64,000 nucleotides of DNA from Burkholderiales bacterium (GCA_019634955.1 JAHCAK010000007.1:24734-88733), one strand, 5' to 3'; counted from the stretch's first letter, positions 54,257-62,711 are shown. Program-made: numbers and translations. The notes: generated by a model not told the origin, from the sequence alone.

Positions 54257-54674
54257 GGCGCCCCTCGACTGCGCGTTCGGGCGCGCGCTCCTCGCCCGGC
54301 AGGCCGCCTGCCCGCTCGCCACGATGGCCCTCGTGGGCGAGGCCGAGCGGCCGCGTTGCGCCTCGCCCGTCGCGCGCACCAATTGCGAGACGCTCCTCGC
54401 GCTGCTGCGCGAGCGCGCGACCTTCGCGCTCAGGCTTCCGCCGCCCGCCTCGCCGCTGCCGCACGCCGCGCAGCTGCGCGTGCAGTGCGGCGGGCTCAGG
54501 GGCCTCGCGGAGGTGGCGGGCGACGAGGGAGCCGGCCCGTCCGACGTGCATGCGCTCGTCACGGGGCTGCAGGCGGCGTTCGGCACGCTCGCGGACATCC
54601 CCTTCGCCCCCGTCGTGGCGGCGATGAAGCGCTGGGAAGGGCGCCCTCGGCCCGGCGGGGGGAAGCCGTCGTGA
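54243..54674 (+). CDS. Hypothetical Cys-containing protein (143 aa; start uncertain)
   Basis: Track ORF with a TTG start that overlaps the previous gene by 14 nt. An alternative ATG exists at 54324. Its stop overlaps the next gene's GTG (GTGA), which supports translation. Confidence 0.35.
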   Translation: MKTTEAPLDCAFGRALLARQAACPLATMALVGEAERPRCASPVARTNCETLLALLRERATFALRLPPPASPLPHAAQLRVQCGGLRGLAEVAGDEGAGPSDVHALVTGLQAAFGTLADIPFAPVVAAMKRWEGRPRPGGGKPS

Positions 54675-55702
54675 CGCCGGCATTCGCCCCGATCCTCGCC
54701 GCGGTGCAGGCCAACTGCCACCTCTCCGACGCCCGGCACGCGCAGGACCTCACGCTCTGCAACTACCTCCTCGCCATGCGCGAGTACTACCGCTGGGAAA
54801 ACGACCTGCCGCCCCAGGCCGTGCCGCCGCGCGGCGAGGTGGCGCGGTGGATCGCGGAGCGCGAGTCCCTGTGGGACGGGCTCGCCGCGGCCGAGTGGGC
54901 CCCCGTGCCGCTCGCGGCCGGGCCCGCGGATCCCTTCGACGTCGCGGCCGTGAACGCGGAGCTCGTGCCCGCGGGCCTGCTCTATGGCGCCGGTCGCGGG
55001 CGTTTCGGCAAGCCGCACTTCTTCCTCGCGCGACTCGCTCGCCACGAGTGGCGCGACGGCGTGGAAGTGCTGGAAGCGGGGTGCGAGTACGCCCGCGACC
55101 TCGACGCCGCGCCCGCCGTCCTGCAGGGCGAGACGATCGTGCTGCGCCGCGAGGCCTTCCGCGACTGGCTGCGCCTCACCGCCGAGGCCTGGGAGGCGCG
55201 CGCGCCGGAGGGGCCGCTCGCCGCGGCTTTCGAGGCCTACGGCTACCGCGACAGCCGGTCGCAGGCGCTGGAGCGCATGGCGGAAGGCGAGCGCGAGACG
55301 CTCCTGCTGCACGAACTGGGCGAGCTGGCCGCTGGCCGGCTCCTGGGCGAGGGGTGGGAGCGATTCATGGCGGGCATCGAGGACCGGCGCGTGGAGGTGA
55401 CGGCGCGCGCGGTGCGCGACCTCCTCGCCGACTGCCTCGTGACGCTTCCCGCGCTGCTCGATCGCGACGCCGGCACCTCGCTGCATTTCTGGTTCGGCAC
55501 GCTGTCGCCGCTGCGGCGAAGCCTGTTCCCGCGCGCCCTCGCCGCGCGCGAGGCGTGGCTGTCGGGCCGGGGCACGTCGTGCCTGCGGGAAGCGGTCGTC
55601 TCCGGCCGGCGCCACTGGCTGGATGTCGCGCAAGCGCTGGCCGCCGACGCGGGCGAGGCCGGCCGGATGGCGCTCGATCCGTCGCGCGCCGCGTTGGCCT
55701 GA
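54671..55702 (+). CDS. Hypothetical protein (343 aa)
   Basis: Tail of track ORF 54356..55702. The GTG at 54671 gives VTPAFAPILAAVQANCHLSDARHAQDLTLCNYLLAMREYYRWENDLP... I cannot name a family. Confidence 0.6.
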   Translation: MTPAFAPILAAVQANCHLSDARHAQDLTLCNYLLAMREYYRWENDLPPQAVPPRGEVARWIAERESLWDGLAAAEWAPVPLAAGPADPFDVAAVNAELVPAGLLYGAGRGRFGKPHFFLARLARHEWRDGVEVLEAGCEYARDLDAAPAVLQGETIVLRREAFRDWLRLTAEAWEARAPEGPLAAAFEAYGYRDSRSQALERMAEGERETLLLHELGELAAGRLLGEGWERFMAGIEDRRVEVTARAVRDLLADCLVTLPALLDRDAGTSLHFWFGTLSPLRRSLFPRALAAREAWLSGRGTSCLREAVVSGRRHWLDVAQALAADAGEAGRMALDPSRAALA

Positions 55703-55733
55703 GGGCCGGCTTCCGGCCGCGGGGAAGCCGCGA

Positions 55734-56192
55734 TCAGCCGGCGCGGGAGAGCAGGTCCTTCGCCGCCTTGCGGAATTCCTCGGCGCGCGCCTCGTCGATG
55801 GTGAGGCGGATGAGCTTGTAGCAGGCGTCCACGGCCGCGGCGAGTTCCTCCCGCGTCTGGCCGGATTCGGCCAGCCGGCGCGCGACCTTGCCCGACTTGT
55901 CGCCCAGCACCGTCTCGGCGATCGTGACGAGGGAGGATGCGAGCGAGCGGCCGCCGTTGGCCGCGGCGGGAACCGCGTGCCCCACCGGCGCCACCAGCCC
56001 GCGCGCGACGAGATCGCGCAACGCCGCGGGGAAGTCCGGGATCATCGAGCCGCGCTGCTCGAGCTTCGCGACCGTCGAGCGGCCGTCGATGAGGATCAGC
56101 GCGTGCCGCAGCGCACGGGGCAGGTCGTGGTCGTGCTTCTCGAGCGCCGCCGCGCCCTGCGGCGTGCGCGCGAGGACGACGTCGGCATCCAT
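55734..56192 (-). CDS. Hypothetical soluble protein (152 aa)
   Basis: Track ORF MDADVVLARTPQGAAALEKHDHDLPRALRHALILIDGRSTVAKLEQ... It starts 5 nt after the preceding membrane ORF on the same strand. Confidence 0.55.
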   Translation of the reverse strand: MDADVVLARTPQGAAALEKHDHDLPRALRHALILIDGRSTVAKLEQRGSMIPDFPAALRDLVARGLVAPVGHAVPAAANGGRSLASSLVTIAETVLGDKSGKVARRLAESGQTREELAAAVDACYKLIRLTIDEARAEEFRKAAKDLLSRAG

Positions 56193-56196
56193 GGCC

Positions 56197-56496
56197 TCAG
56201 CCCGCCAGCTCTTCGATGATGCGATAGATCAGCTTCACCGTGATCACGACGTAGATCGCGCCGAACAGGAAGATCAGCGAGACGATCACGTTCATGAGCA
56301 TCGGCGGGAGCATGCCGAAGAACGGGGTGACGAGGTAGCCCAGCGTGAAGAGGACAACCAGCGCGGTGAGCGTCTTCCAGGTGTTGCCCACGACGCCGCC
56401 GGGGACGTTCTTGCGGAGCGAAAGGACCAGCCACAGGCAATAGAACATCACGAGGATCGCCAGCACGCTGATCACGAGGCTGATGTCGAACTTCAT
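56197..56496 (-). CDS. Small integral membrane protein (99 aa, 3 TM)
   Basis: Track ORF MKFDISLVISVLAILVMFYCLWLVLSL... It is strongly hydrophobic with an unusually AT-richer codon choice. GGAGAAAAAGC precedes the ATG. Confidence 0.6.
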   Translation of the reverse strand: MKFDISLVISVLAILVMFYCLWLVLSLRKNVPGGVVGNTWKTLTALVVLFTLGYLVTPFFGMLPPMLMNVIVSLIFLFGAIYVVITVKLIYRIIEELAG

Positions 56497-56648
56497 GCTT
56501 TTTCTCCTTTTTCGTGGAATGCGGCCGCCCCGCCCTGCGGCGCCGGCGGCCCGTGCGCCCTGCCGTACTCTGCCCCTGCATGCCTCCTGCCGTATTGCGC
56601 TGGATTAAACCCCCACGGAGAAAACTGCCCTCGCCGAGCGGAGCCCTC

Positions 56649-56978
56649 CTAATACCCCCCCTTGCCGTACGGCTGCGGCAGCCCGCCGACCTTGCAGCCC
56701 TGCTTGGCAGGACCCATGGGAAACAGGTCGTAGAGCGACTTCGAGTCGCAGCCCGGCAGGACTTCCTGCAAGTCCTTGACCATGTTGCGGAAATTCGGCG
56801 TGTGGCCGTGCTCCCGGTACTGGTCGCGCAGGTAGTTCACGACCTTCCAGTGGTCGTCGGTGAGGGCGATGCCCTCGGCCGCCGCGATCACCTGGACCGC
56901 CTCGTCGCTGTAGTCGGCCTCCGTGAGGTAGCCGTCCGCGTCCGTTTCCTTCTCGATGCCGCCGATCACGTATCCCAT
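56649..56978 (-). CDS. TusE/DsrC family protein (DsrC paralog lacking the C-terminal CysA)
   Basis: 109 aa with DDHWKVVNYLRDQYREHGHTPNFRNMVKDL...LYDLFPMGPAKQGCKVGGLPQPYGKGGY. It keeps CysB but ends in GKGGY instead of TGCV. Confidence 0.85.
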   Translation of the reverse strand: MGYVIGGIEKETDADGYLTEADYSDEAVQVIAAAEGIALTDDHWKVVNYLRDQYREHGHTPNFRNMVKDLQEVLPGCDSKSLYDLFPMGPAKQGCKVGGLPQPYGKGGY

Positions 56979-57053
56979 GCACTCTCCTTTGTCGTCTCGT
57001 TGCGTGGCCCGCTGCGGGGCCTCTTCACCACCGTACGCCTGACGCCTGCCGCG

Positions 57054-57500
57054 TTAGTGCCCGCCCGCCAGGTACCCGGAGGCCGCCAGCACGATCACCG
57101 CCACCTCGAGGCCGCAGATCGCGAAGAGCAGCCGCTGCCCCGCCTTCCAGTACACCGGCATGATCGCGAGCAGGCAGGGGACGGAGCAGATGGAGAGCGT
57201 CACGATGCCCAGCAGCGTGAGGATGTCGGCATGCTGCAGCCTCGCCGTCCATCCCCAGCCGGCCTCGAGCCGGACGAGCTCGAGGAACTGCGTGGACGGC
57301 AGGTGCCAGATTTCCGGCAGCCGCTCGTGCGGGACATGCGGGTCGACCGCGCCGACCATGTAGACGCCGAACAGCACCACCAGCATCGCCAGCCCGGCGC
57401 CGGTGCCGATGGAGAGCAGGCGCGCGTAGCGCGCCTGGTCCGCAGCCGGCTGCGGCACGCCGCTCACGCCCGCCTCACTGCGGGCAGCCGGCGATGTCAC
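57054..57500 (-). CDS. Integral membrane protein (about 4 TM), possibly DUF1634-like TauE partner
   Basis: 148-aa track ORF with hydrophobic segments LLSIGTGAGLAMLVVLFGVYMVG, ILTLLGIVTLSICSVPCLLAIM and LLFAICGLEVAVIVLAASGYL. The start is uncertain, as it overlaps the upstream gene by 26 nt. Confidence 0.55.
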   Translation of the reverse strand: MTSPAARSEAGVSGVPQPAADQARYARLLSIGTGAGLAMLVVLFGVYMVGAVDPHVPHERLPEIWHLPSTQFLELVRLEAGWGWTARLQHADILTLLGIVTLSICSVPCLLAIMPVYWKAGQRLLFAICGLEVAVIVLAASGYLAGGH

Positions 57501-57993
57501 CGGGCACCTTGCCCACCAGCAGCAGGAAGCTCTCGAAGGGCCCCATGTTGCCCATGGCCTCGCCCATCGGGCCGTCGAACGAGAGGCGCCCGAACATCAT
57601 GGCGCGCATCGGGCCGTACTCGCCCTTGCCCATCTCGACCCAGCGCTTCGTGTCGGCGACCATCGCGTAATCCACGTCGAGGTCCAGCGCCGCGGCGGAC
57701 TTCGCTCCGGAGACGCACATCGCCTTGCCGTCCTTCGCCGCGATGCGCAGTTCCACCTTGGGGCTCGCCTTGCAATCCTTGCGCGCCACCTGCAGCGCCT
57801 TGTACCCGCGCTTCTTGTCGTTGGCCGCCCAGCCCGTCTCGTGCAGGTCCTTCGTGAGCGTGGCGTCGGCGTTCCAGGCCGTGCACGCCGCCTTCGCCCA
57901 CTCCTCCGACATCAGGGCCGGCGCCGCCGCCGCCGTGCCCGCCATGGCCGCGAAGGCGGCCGCCAGCAGTGCGTTCCTTGCGCTCATTTCCAT
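57475..57993 (-). CDS. Secreted SCP2 (sterol-carrier-like) domain protein
   Basis: Tail of track ORF 57475..58860. The ATG at 57993 gives MEMSARNALLAAAFAAMAGTAAAAP, a signal peptide. The SCP2-like C-terminus reads EYGPMRAMMFGRLSFDGPMGEAMGNMGPFESFLLLVGKVPG. Confidence 0.7.
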   Translation of the reverse strand: MEMSARNALLAAAFAAMAGTAAAAPALMSEEWAKAACTAWNADATLTKDLHETGWAANDKKRGYKALQVARKDCKASPKVELRIAAKDGKAMCVSGAKSAAALDLDVDYAMVADTKRWVEMGKGEYGPMRAMMFGRLSFDGPMGEAMGNMGPFESFLLLVGKVPGDIAGCPQ

Positions 57994-58022
57994 TTTCCCT
58001 TCCGTGAGTGAATCCGCGTCGA

Positions 58023-58964
58023 TCAGGTCCAGATCCCGAGCCCCTTCAGCAGCGCCCGCAGCCCCGCGAAGGCGAGCAGCCCGAGCACGAGCTTGCGCAC
58101 CGTGGCAGCGGGCAGCACCTTCAGCAGCTTCGCGCCGATCTTGGCGCCCAGCATCATGCCGATCACCGAGGGCACCGCGATCATCGGAAGCACCGCGCCC
58201 TGGTTGAGGTAGACCCACGCCGCGGAGCTGTCGACGAGGGAGAGGATGAAGCTCGACGTGCCCGCCGAGACCTTGAGGGGCGCGCCCATGAGGAGGTTCA
58301 GCGCCGGCAGGTTCGCCCAGCCCGCCCCCAGGCCGAACATGCCGGCGAGGATGCCGATGCCGAAGAAGATCACGAGGCCGGCGGGCGTGCGGTGGACCTG
58401 CCAGGAAACCTGGCGCCCGGTGGCCGGATCGACGAGCACGCCGTTCATGCCGAGCGCGGCCGAGATGGCGTCGGGCTTCGCGACCTCCGGGAATTCCGAG
58501 CGCTTCGCGACCGCCATCAGGACGACGATCGCGAGGATGGTCGCGCCGAGCGCCACCTGCACCGCGTTGGTCGGCAGCGCGAAGCCGATCATCGCGCCGA
58601 GGATCGAGCTCGCGGAGGCCACCAGCGCGAGCGGGAGCGCCAGGCGCAGGCTCGCGAGGCCCGACTGCAGGAGGGCCGGCCCCGCCGAGAGCGCGCTCGC
58701 GAGCGCGACCAGCAGCCCGGCGCCGCGGACGAAGTCGAGGTGGAACGGGAAGAACCCGCCCACGATCGGCACGAACAGCACGCCGCCGCCCACGCCAGCG
58801 GGCACGGCGACGATGCCGAGGAAGAAGCAGACGACGAAGAGCGCGAGGGGCCAGCCCCACCAGGGCATCGCCGACGGGGCCGGCGCCTGGGCGGCGGCCG
58901 CCCAGGCTTCCGGGGCGAGCGCGAGCGCGGCGCCCGTCGCGGCGAGCAGGGCCAGGCGCCTCAT
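58023..58964 (-). CDS. TauE/SafE family anion (sulfite-type) exporter/permease
   Basis: C-terminal 313 aa of track ORF 58023..61967. The ATG at 58964 overlaps the soeA stop (ATGA). It has two internal repeats with the GVGGGVLFVP and GLGAGWANLPAL motifs and about 8 TM helices. Confidence 0.85.
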   Translation of the reverse strand: MRRLALLAATGAALALAPEAWAAAAQAPAPSAMPWWGWPLALFVVCFFLGIVAVPAGVGGGVLFVPIVGGFFPFHLDFVRGAGLLVALASALSAGPALLQSGLASLRLALPLALVASASSILGAMIGFALPTNAVQVALGATILAIVVLMAVAKRSEFPEVAKPDAISAALGMNGVLVDPATGRQVSWQVHRTPAGLVIFFGIGILAGMFGLGAGWANLPALNLLMGAPLKVSAGTSSFILSLVDSSAAWVYLNQGAVLPMIAVPSVIGMMLGAKIGAKLLKVLPAATVRKLVLGLLAFAGLRALLKGLGIWT

Positions 58965-61861
58965 CGCGCCTTCTCCCCGGCCCGGTAGGCGATGTCGCCC
59001 GGCGCGATCGCCATGCCCGGGTACGGACGCATCGCCGCCTGCCCGGAGGCGACGGTGGACTCCTCGCCCGGGCGCGCCTTGCGGATGCTCACGCGCACGT
59101 CGTACCACGCGGCCTGGCCGGTGACCGGGTCGGAGTTCGAGAAGCGCACGCCGTCGGCGTCCGGCGGCAGCTCGTCGCTGATGAGGTGGTTGAGCAGGAA
59201 GCCGCGGCGCGACTCGTCCGCGCCCGGCCCGAGGTTCCACGCGCCGGGCGCCTTGCCGATGGCGTTCCAGGTCCACACCGTGCCCGGCTCCACCGCCTCC
59301 GAGAGCTTCGCCACGCAGCGCACGCTGCCCCAGGTCGACTCGACCACGATCCAGTCGCCGTCGGCGATGCCCTGCGCGCGCGCGGCCGCCGGGTTCACGA
59401 AGAGGCTGTTGTGGCCGTGTATCTGGCGCAGCCAGGCGTTCTGCGAGTCCCACGAGTGGTACATCGCCATCGGGCGCTGCGTGACGGCCGAGAGCGGGAA
59501 GCGCGCCTTGTCGGTGGCCTGCGATTCCAGCGGCTCGTAGTAGAAGGGCAGCGGGTCGAAGAAGGCGTCCACGCGCTTGCGCAGCGCCTCGGGCGGGCGG
59601 CGGGAAAGGCCGCGGCCGCGCGCGGCCAGGCGGAACTTCTGCAGCACTTCCGAGTAGAGGTGGATGAGGATGGGCTCGTCGTAGCGCGTGATGCGGTTCC
59701 GGAGCGACCACTCGAGGTAGCCCTGGTTCCAGTTTCGCATGTACTGGTAGCTCTTCGGCAGCTCGTAGTGGAAGACGCAGTCGTTCTGCGCGTACATCTC
59801 CCACTGCCGCGGGTTGGGCTCTCCCCGCAGGCTCTTCTCGCCGCCCTTGCCGCGCCACCCCGAGAGGAAGCCGATGCCCGAGCCCGGCTCGGTCTCGTAG
59901 CGGATGATGAAGTCGGGGTAGTCGCGGTACTTGCGCCGGCCGTCCGGGTGCGCGAAGGCCGGGAGCCGCAGCCTCGAGCCCAGCTCGATCAGCACCTCCT
60001 GGAAGGGCTTGCACTCGCCCGTGGGCGGCACCACCGGCACGCGCACCGAGTCCACGGGCCCGTCGTACTCGGATATGGGCCGGTCGAGAAGCGACATGAC
60101 GTCGTGGCGCTCGAGGTAGGTCGTGTCGGGGAGCACGAGGTCGGCGAACGCGGTCATCTCCGACTGGAAGGCGTCGGCCACGACGATGAACGGGATGCGG
60201 TGCTCGCCCTTGTCGTCGCGGTCGTTGAGCATGCGTCGCACCTCGTCCAGGCTCATGGTCGAGTTCCACGCCATGTTGGCCATGAAGATGAGGAGCGTGT
60301 CGATGGGATACGGGTCGCCGCGCCACGCGTTGGTGATCACGTTGTGCATGAGGCCGTGCACGGCGAGCGGGTACTCCCACGAGAAGGCCTTGTCGATGCG
60401 CACCGGCCGCCCCTCGTCGTCCACGAAGAGGTCGTCGGGCTCGGCCGGCCAGCCGAGCGGGGCGCCGTCGAGCGGGTGGTCCGGCTTCACCGCGAGCGGC
60501 GTGGACGGCGTCTTCGCGCAGGGCGGGATCGGGCGCGGGAAAGGCGCCTTGTGCCGGAAGCCGCCCGGCCGGTCGATCGTCCCCAGCAGCGTCATCAGGA
60601 TCGCGAGCGCGCGGATGGCATGGAAGCCGTTGGAGTGCGCGGCCAGCCCGCGCATGGCGTGGAAGGCGACCGGGTTGCCGGTGACGGTGTCGTGCTCCTT
60701 GCCCCACGAATCGGTCCACGCGATGGGCAGCTCGATCTTCTGGTCGCGCGCGGTGATGCCCATCTCGTGCGCGAGGCGCCGGATCGTCTCCGCCGGGATG
60801 CCCGTCACGCCCGCCGCCCACTCCGGCGTGTAGTCCTTCACGCGGTCCTTGAGAAGCTGGAAGGACGGGCTCACCTCGGTGCCGTCGTGCAGGCGGAAGC
60901 GGCCGAGCAGGAAAGGGTCCGCGCCCTCGGCGTGGGTGAGCACGGCCTTGCCCGTGTGCCGGTCCCACCAGAGCTTGTTCTGCGGGTCGAAGCAGCCCTC
61001 CTCCTCCGGCACTTCCGTGCGCACGAACATGCCGAACTCGTCGCTCGCCTCGTCGAGGTTCACGAGCTGGCCGGCGTTCGTGTAGCGCACGAGGAAGTCG
61101 CGGTCGTAGAGCCCGCGCTCGATGAGCTCGTGGACGAGGGCGAGGAGGAGCGCCCCGTCGGTCCCGGGGCGGATGGGAACCCACTCGTCGGCGATGGCCG
61201 AGTACCCCGTGCGCACGGGGTTCACCGAGATGAAGCGCCCGCCGTCGCGCTTGAACTTCGAGATCGCGATCTTGAGCGGGTTGGAGTGGTGGTCCTCGGC
61301 GGTGCCGAGCATGACGAAGAGCCTCGCGCGCTCGAGGTCGGGCCCGCCGAACTCCCAGAACGAGCCGCCGATCGTGTAGATCATGCCTGCGGCCATGTTC
61401 ACGGAGCAGAAGCCGCCGTGGGCCGCGTAGTTGGGCGTGCCGAACTGGCGCGCGAAGAGGCCGGTGAGCGCCTGCATCTGGTCGCGCCCGGTGAAGAGGG
61501 CGAACTTGCGCGGGTCCGTCGAGCGGATCTTCCCCAGGCGTTCGGCCAGGGTCGCGAACGCCTCCTCCCAGCTGATGGGCTCGAACTCGCCCGCGCCGCG
61601 CTCGGCGCCGGCCCTGCGTCTGAGCGGCCGCGTGAGGCGCGCCGGCGAGTACTGCTTCATGATCCCCGAGGCGCCCTTGGCGCAGATCACGCCCTTGTTC
61701 AGCGGGTGGTCGGGGTTGCCGTCGATGTAGCGGACCTGGCCCTCCCTCAGGTGGACGCGGATGCCGCAGCGGCACGCGCACATGTAGCACGTGGTCTTGC
61801 GCACCTCGGCGCGCGCCGGACCCTGCGCCGCTTCGGCGCTGTCGGAGGAGGGAATGGCCAT
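58961..61861 (-). CDS. soeA: Molybdopterin (bis-MGD) oxidoreductase catalytic subunit, SoeA-like, cytoplasmic (no Tat signal)
   Basis: 966 aa with an N-terminal FeS Cys motif CYMCACRCGIRVH and DMSO-reductase-family domains. It lacks a twin-arginine leader. Its size matches SoeA, but the partner soeBC genes lie 27 kb away. Confidence 0.75.
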   Translation of the reverse strand: MAIPSSDSAEAAQGPARAEVRKTTCYMCACRCGIRVHLREGQVRYIDGNPDHPLNKGVICAKGASGIMKQYSPARLTRPLRRRAGAERGAGEFEPISWEEAFATLAERLGKIRSTDPRKFALFTGRDQMQALTGLFARQFGTPNYAAHGGFCSVNMAAGMIYTIGGSFWEFGGPDLERARLFVMLGTAEDHHSNPLKIAISKFKRDGGRFISVNPVRTGYSAIADEWVPIRPGTDGALLLALVHELIERGLYDRDFLVRYTNAGQLVNLDEASDEFGMFVRTEVPEEEGCFDPQNKLWWDRHTGKAVLTHAEGADPFLLGRFRLHDGTEVSPSFQLLKDRVKDYTPEWAAGVTGIPAETIRRLAHEMGITARDQKIELPIAWTDSWGKEHDTVTGNPVAFHAMRGLAAHSNGFHAIRALAILMTLLGTIDRPGGFRHKAPFPRPIPPCAKTPSTPLAVKPDHPLDGAPLGWPAEPDDLFVDDEGRPVRIDKAFSWEYPLAVHGLMHNVITNAWRGDPYPIDTLLIFMANMAWNSTMSLDEVRRMLNDRDDKGEHRIPFIVVADAFQSEMTAFADLVLPDTTYLERHDVMSLLDRPISEYDGPVDSVRVPVVPPTGECKPFQEVLIELGSRLRLPAFAHPDGRRKYRDYPDFIIRYETEPGSGIGFLSGWRGKGGEKSLRGEPNPRQWEMYAQNDCVFHYELPKSYQYMRNWNQGYLEWSLRNRITRYDEPILIHLYSEVLQKFRLAARGRGLSRRPPEALRKRVDAFFDPLPFYYEPLESQATDKARFPLSAVTQRPMAMYHSWDSQNAWLRQIHGHNSLFVNPAAARAQGIADGDWIVVESTWGSVRCVAKLSEAVEPGTVWTWNAIGKAPGAWNLGPGADESRRGFLLNHLISDELPPDADGVRFSNSDPVTGQAAWYDVRVSIRKARPGEESTVASGQAAMRPYPGMAIAPGDIAYRAGEKAR

Positions 61862-62036
61862 GGGTTGCCCGTTCGTTCGCGTCCCGACGGGGACGCTCGA
61901 CGTGCGCGTGCAGCCCGGCCCTGGGGACCACCCGATTTCGAGGCAACCCGGACGGGAAGTCCATCACTCAGAAGGGGTATTGGCTCCCCATCGGAGTGAT
62001 TGACCGGCGCGGGGGCCCCGCGCGGGGCTCGGGATG

Positions 62037-62711
62037 CTAGACCGCGGCGGTGCGGTCCAGGCGGTGCAGCGCCAGCACCAGGCCCGCCGAGGCGACCACG
62101 AGGAACACCGGGCCGAACAGCCAGAAGACGAGCGGGACGGCGAAGAGGAACGCCCTCATGCCCGTCGCATAGTGGCGCCCCGCCCGGTTGAGCCGGCCGG
62201 CGACCGCCTCGGGAGAGAGCTCGGCGTGCGACCACGGCCCGGGGACGTTCACCATGAACACCACGTGGTTCGCGAGCCGGATGGCCAGCGCGAAGGCGAA
62301 GAACGCGACGATGAAGTCCGCGAGCAGGCACATCACCTTGAGCACCCAGAGCTCCGCCGACGCCGAGCCGTAGAGGCTGGAGACGTGCCAGCTGCGGGCG
62401 ATGTTCTCGGCCTGCCCGGTGAGGGTGAGCGTGCCCAGGATCAGGAACGCCGCCGTCGTCGCCATGAGCGAGGCCCCCATCACGAAGTTGCGCAGCGTCT
62501 GCACCGCCATCACGTCCTTGGCGGGATTGGCCATGACGTGCTTCACCCAGAGGGCGCGGGCCAGCTCGTTCACGCCGTGGATGCTCGCGGTGGGATCGCG
62601 GCGGGTGCGCGCGAGGAGGACCGCGTAGTAGATCGCCACCAGGGCCGCGCTCGCCGCGAAGGCCGCGGCGTCGGCGCCGAATTCGCGAAGCCAGGCCTGC
62701 GTGAGTCCCAT
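62037..62711 (-). CDS. DUF599-like integral membrane protein (family name tentative)
   Basis: Lies inside track ORF 62037..63194. The ATG at 62711 gives MGLTQAWLREFGADAAAFAASAALVAIYYAVLLARTRRDP... It has about 4-5 TM helices. Confidence 0.6.
   Translation of the reverse strand: MGLTQAWLREFGADAAAFAASAALVAIYYAVLLARTRRDPTASIHGVNELARALWVKHVMANPAKDVMAVQTLRNFVMGASLMATTAAFLILGTLTLTGQAENIARSWHVSSLYGSASAELWVLKVMCLLADFIVAFFAFALAIRLANHVVFMVNVPGPWSHAELSPEAVAGRLNRAGRHYATGMRAFLFAVPLVFWLFGPVFLVVASAGLVLALHRLDRTAAV

Noticed and set aside
58023-61967. 1314-aa track ORF that would fuse the soeA region to the TauE permease.
   Set aside because: Only the last 313 aa (from the ATG at 58964) are TauE-like. The upstream 1000 aa are an Arg/Pro-rich alternative frame across soeA, whose true frame is 58961..61861.
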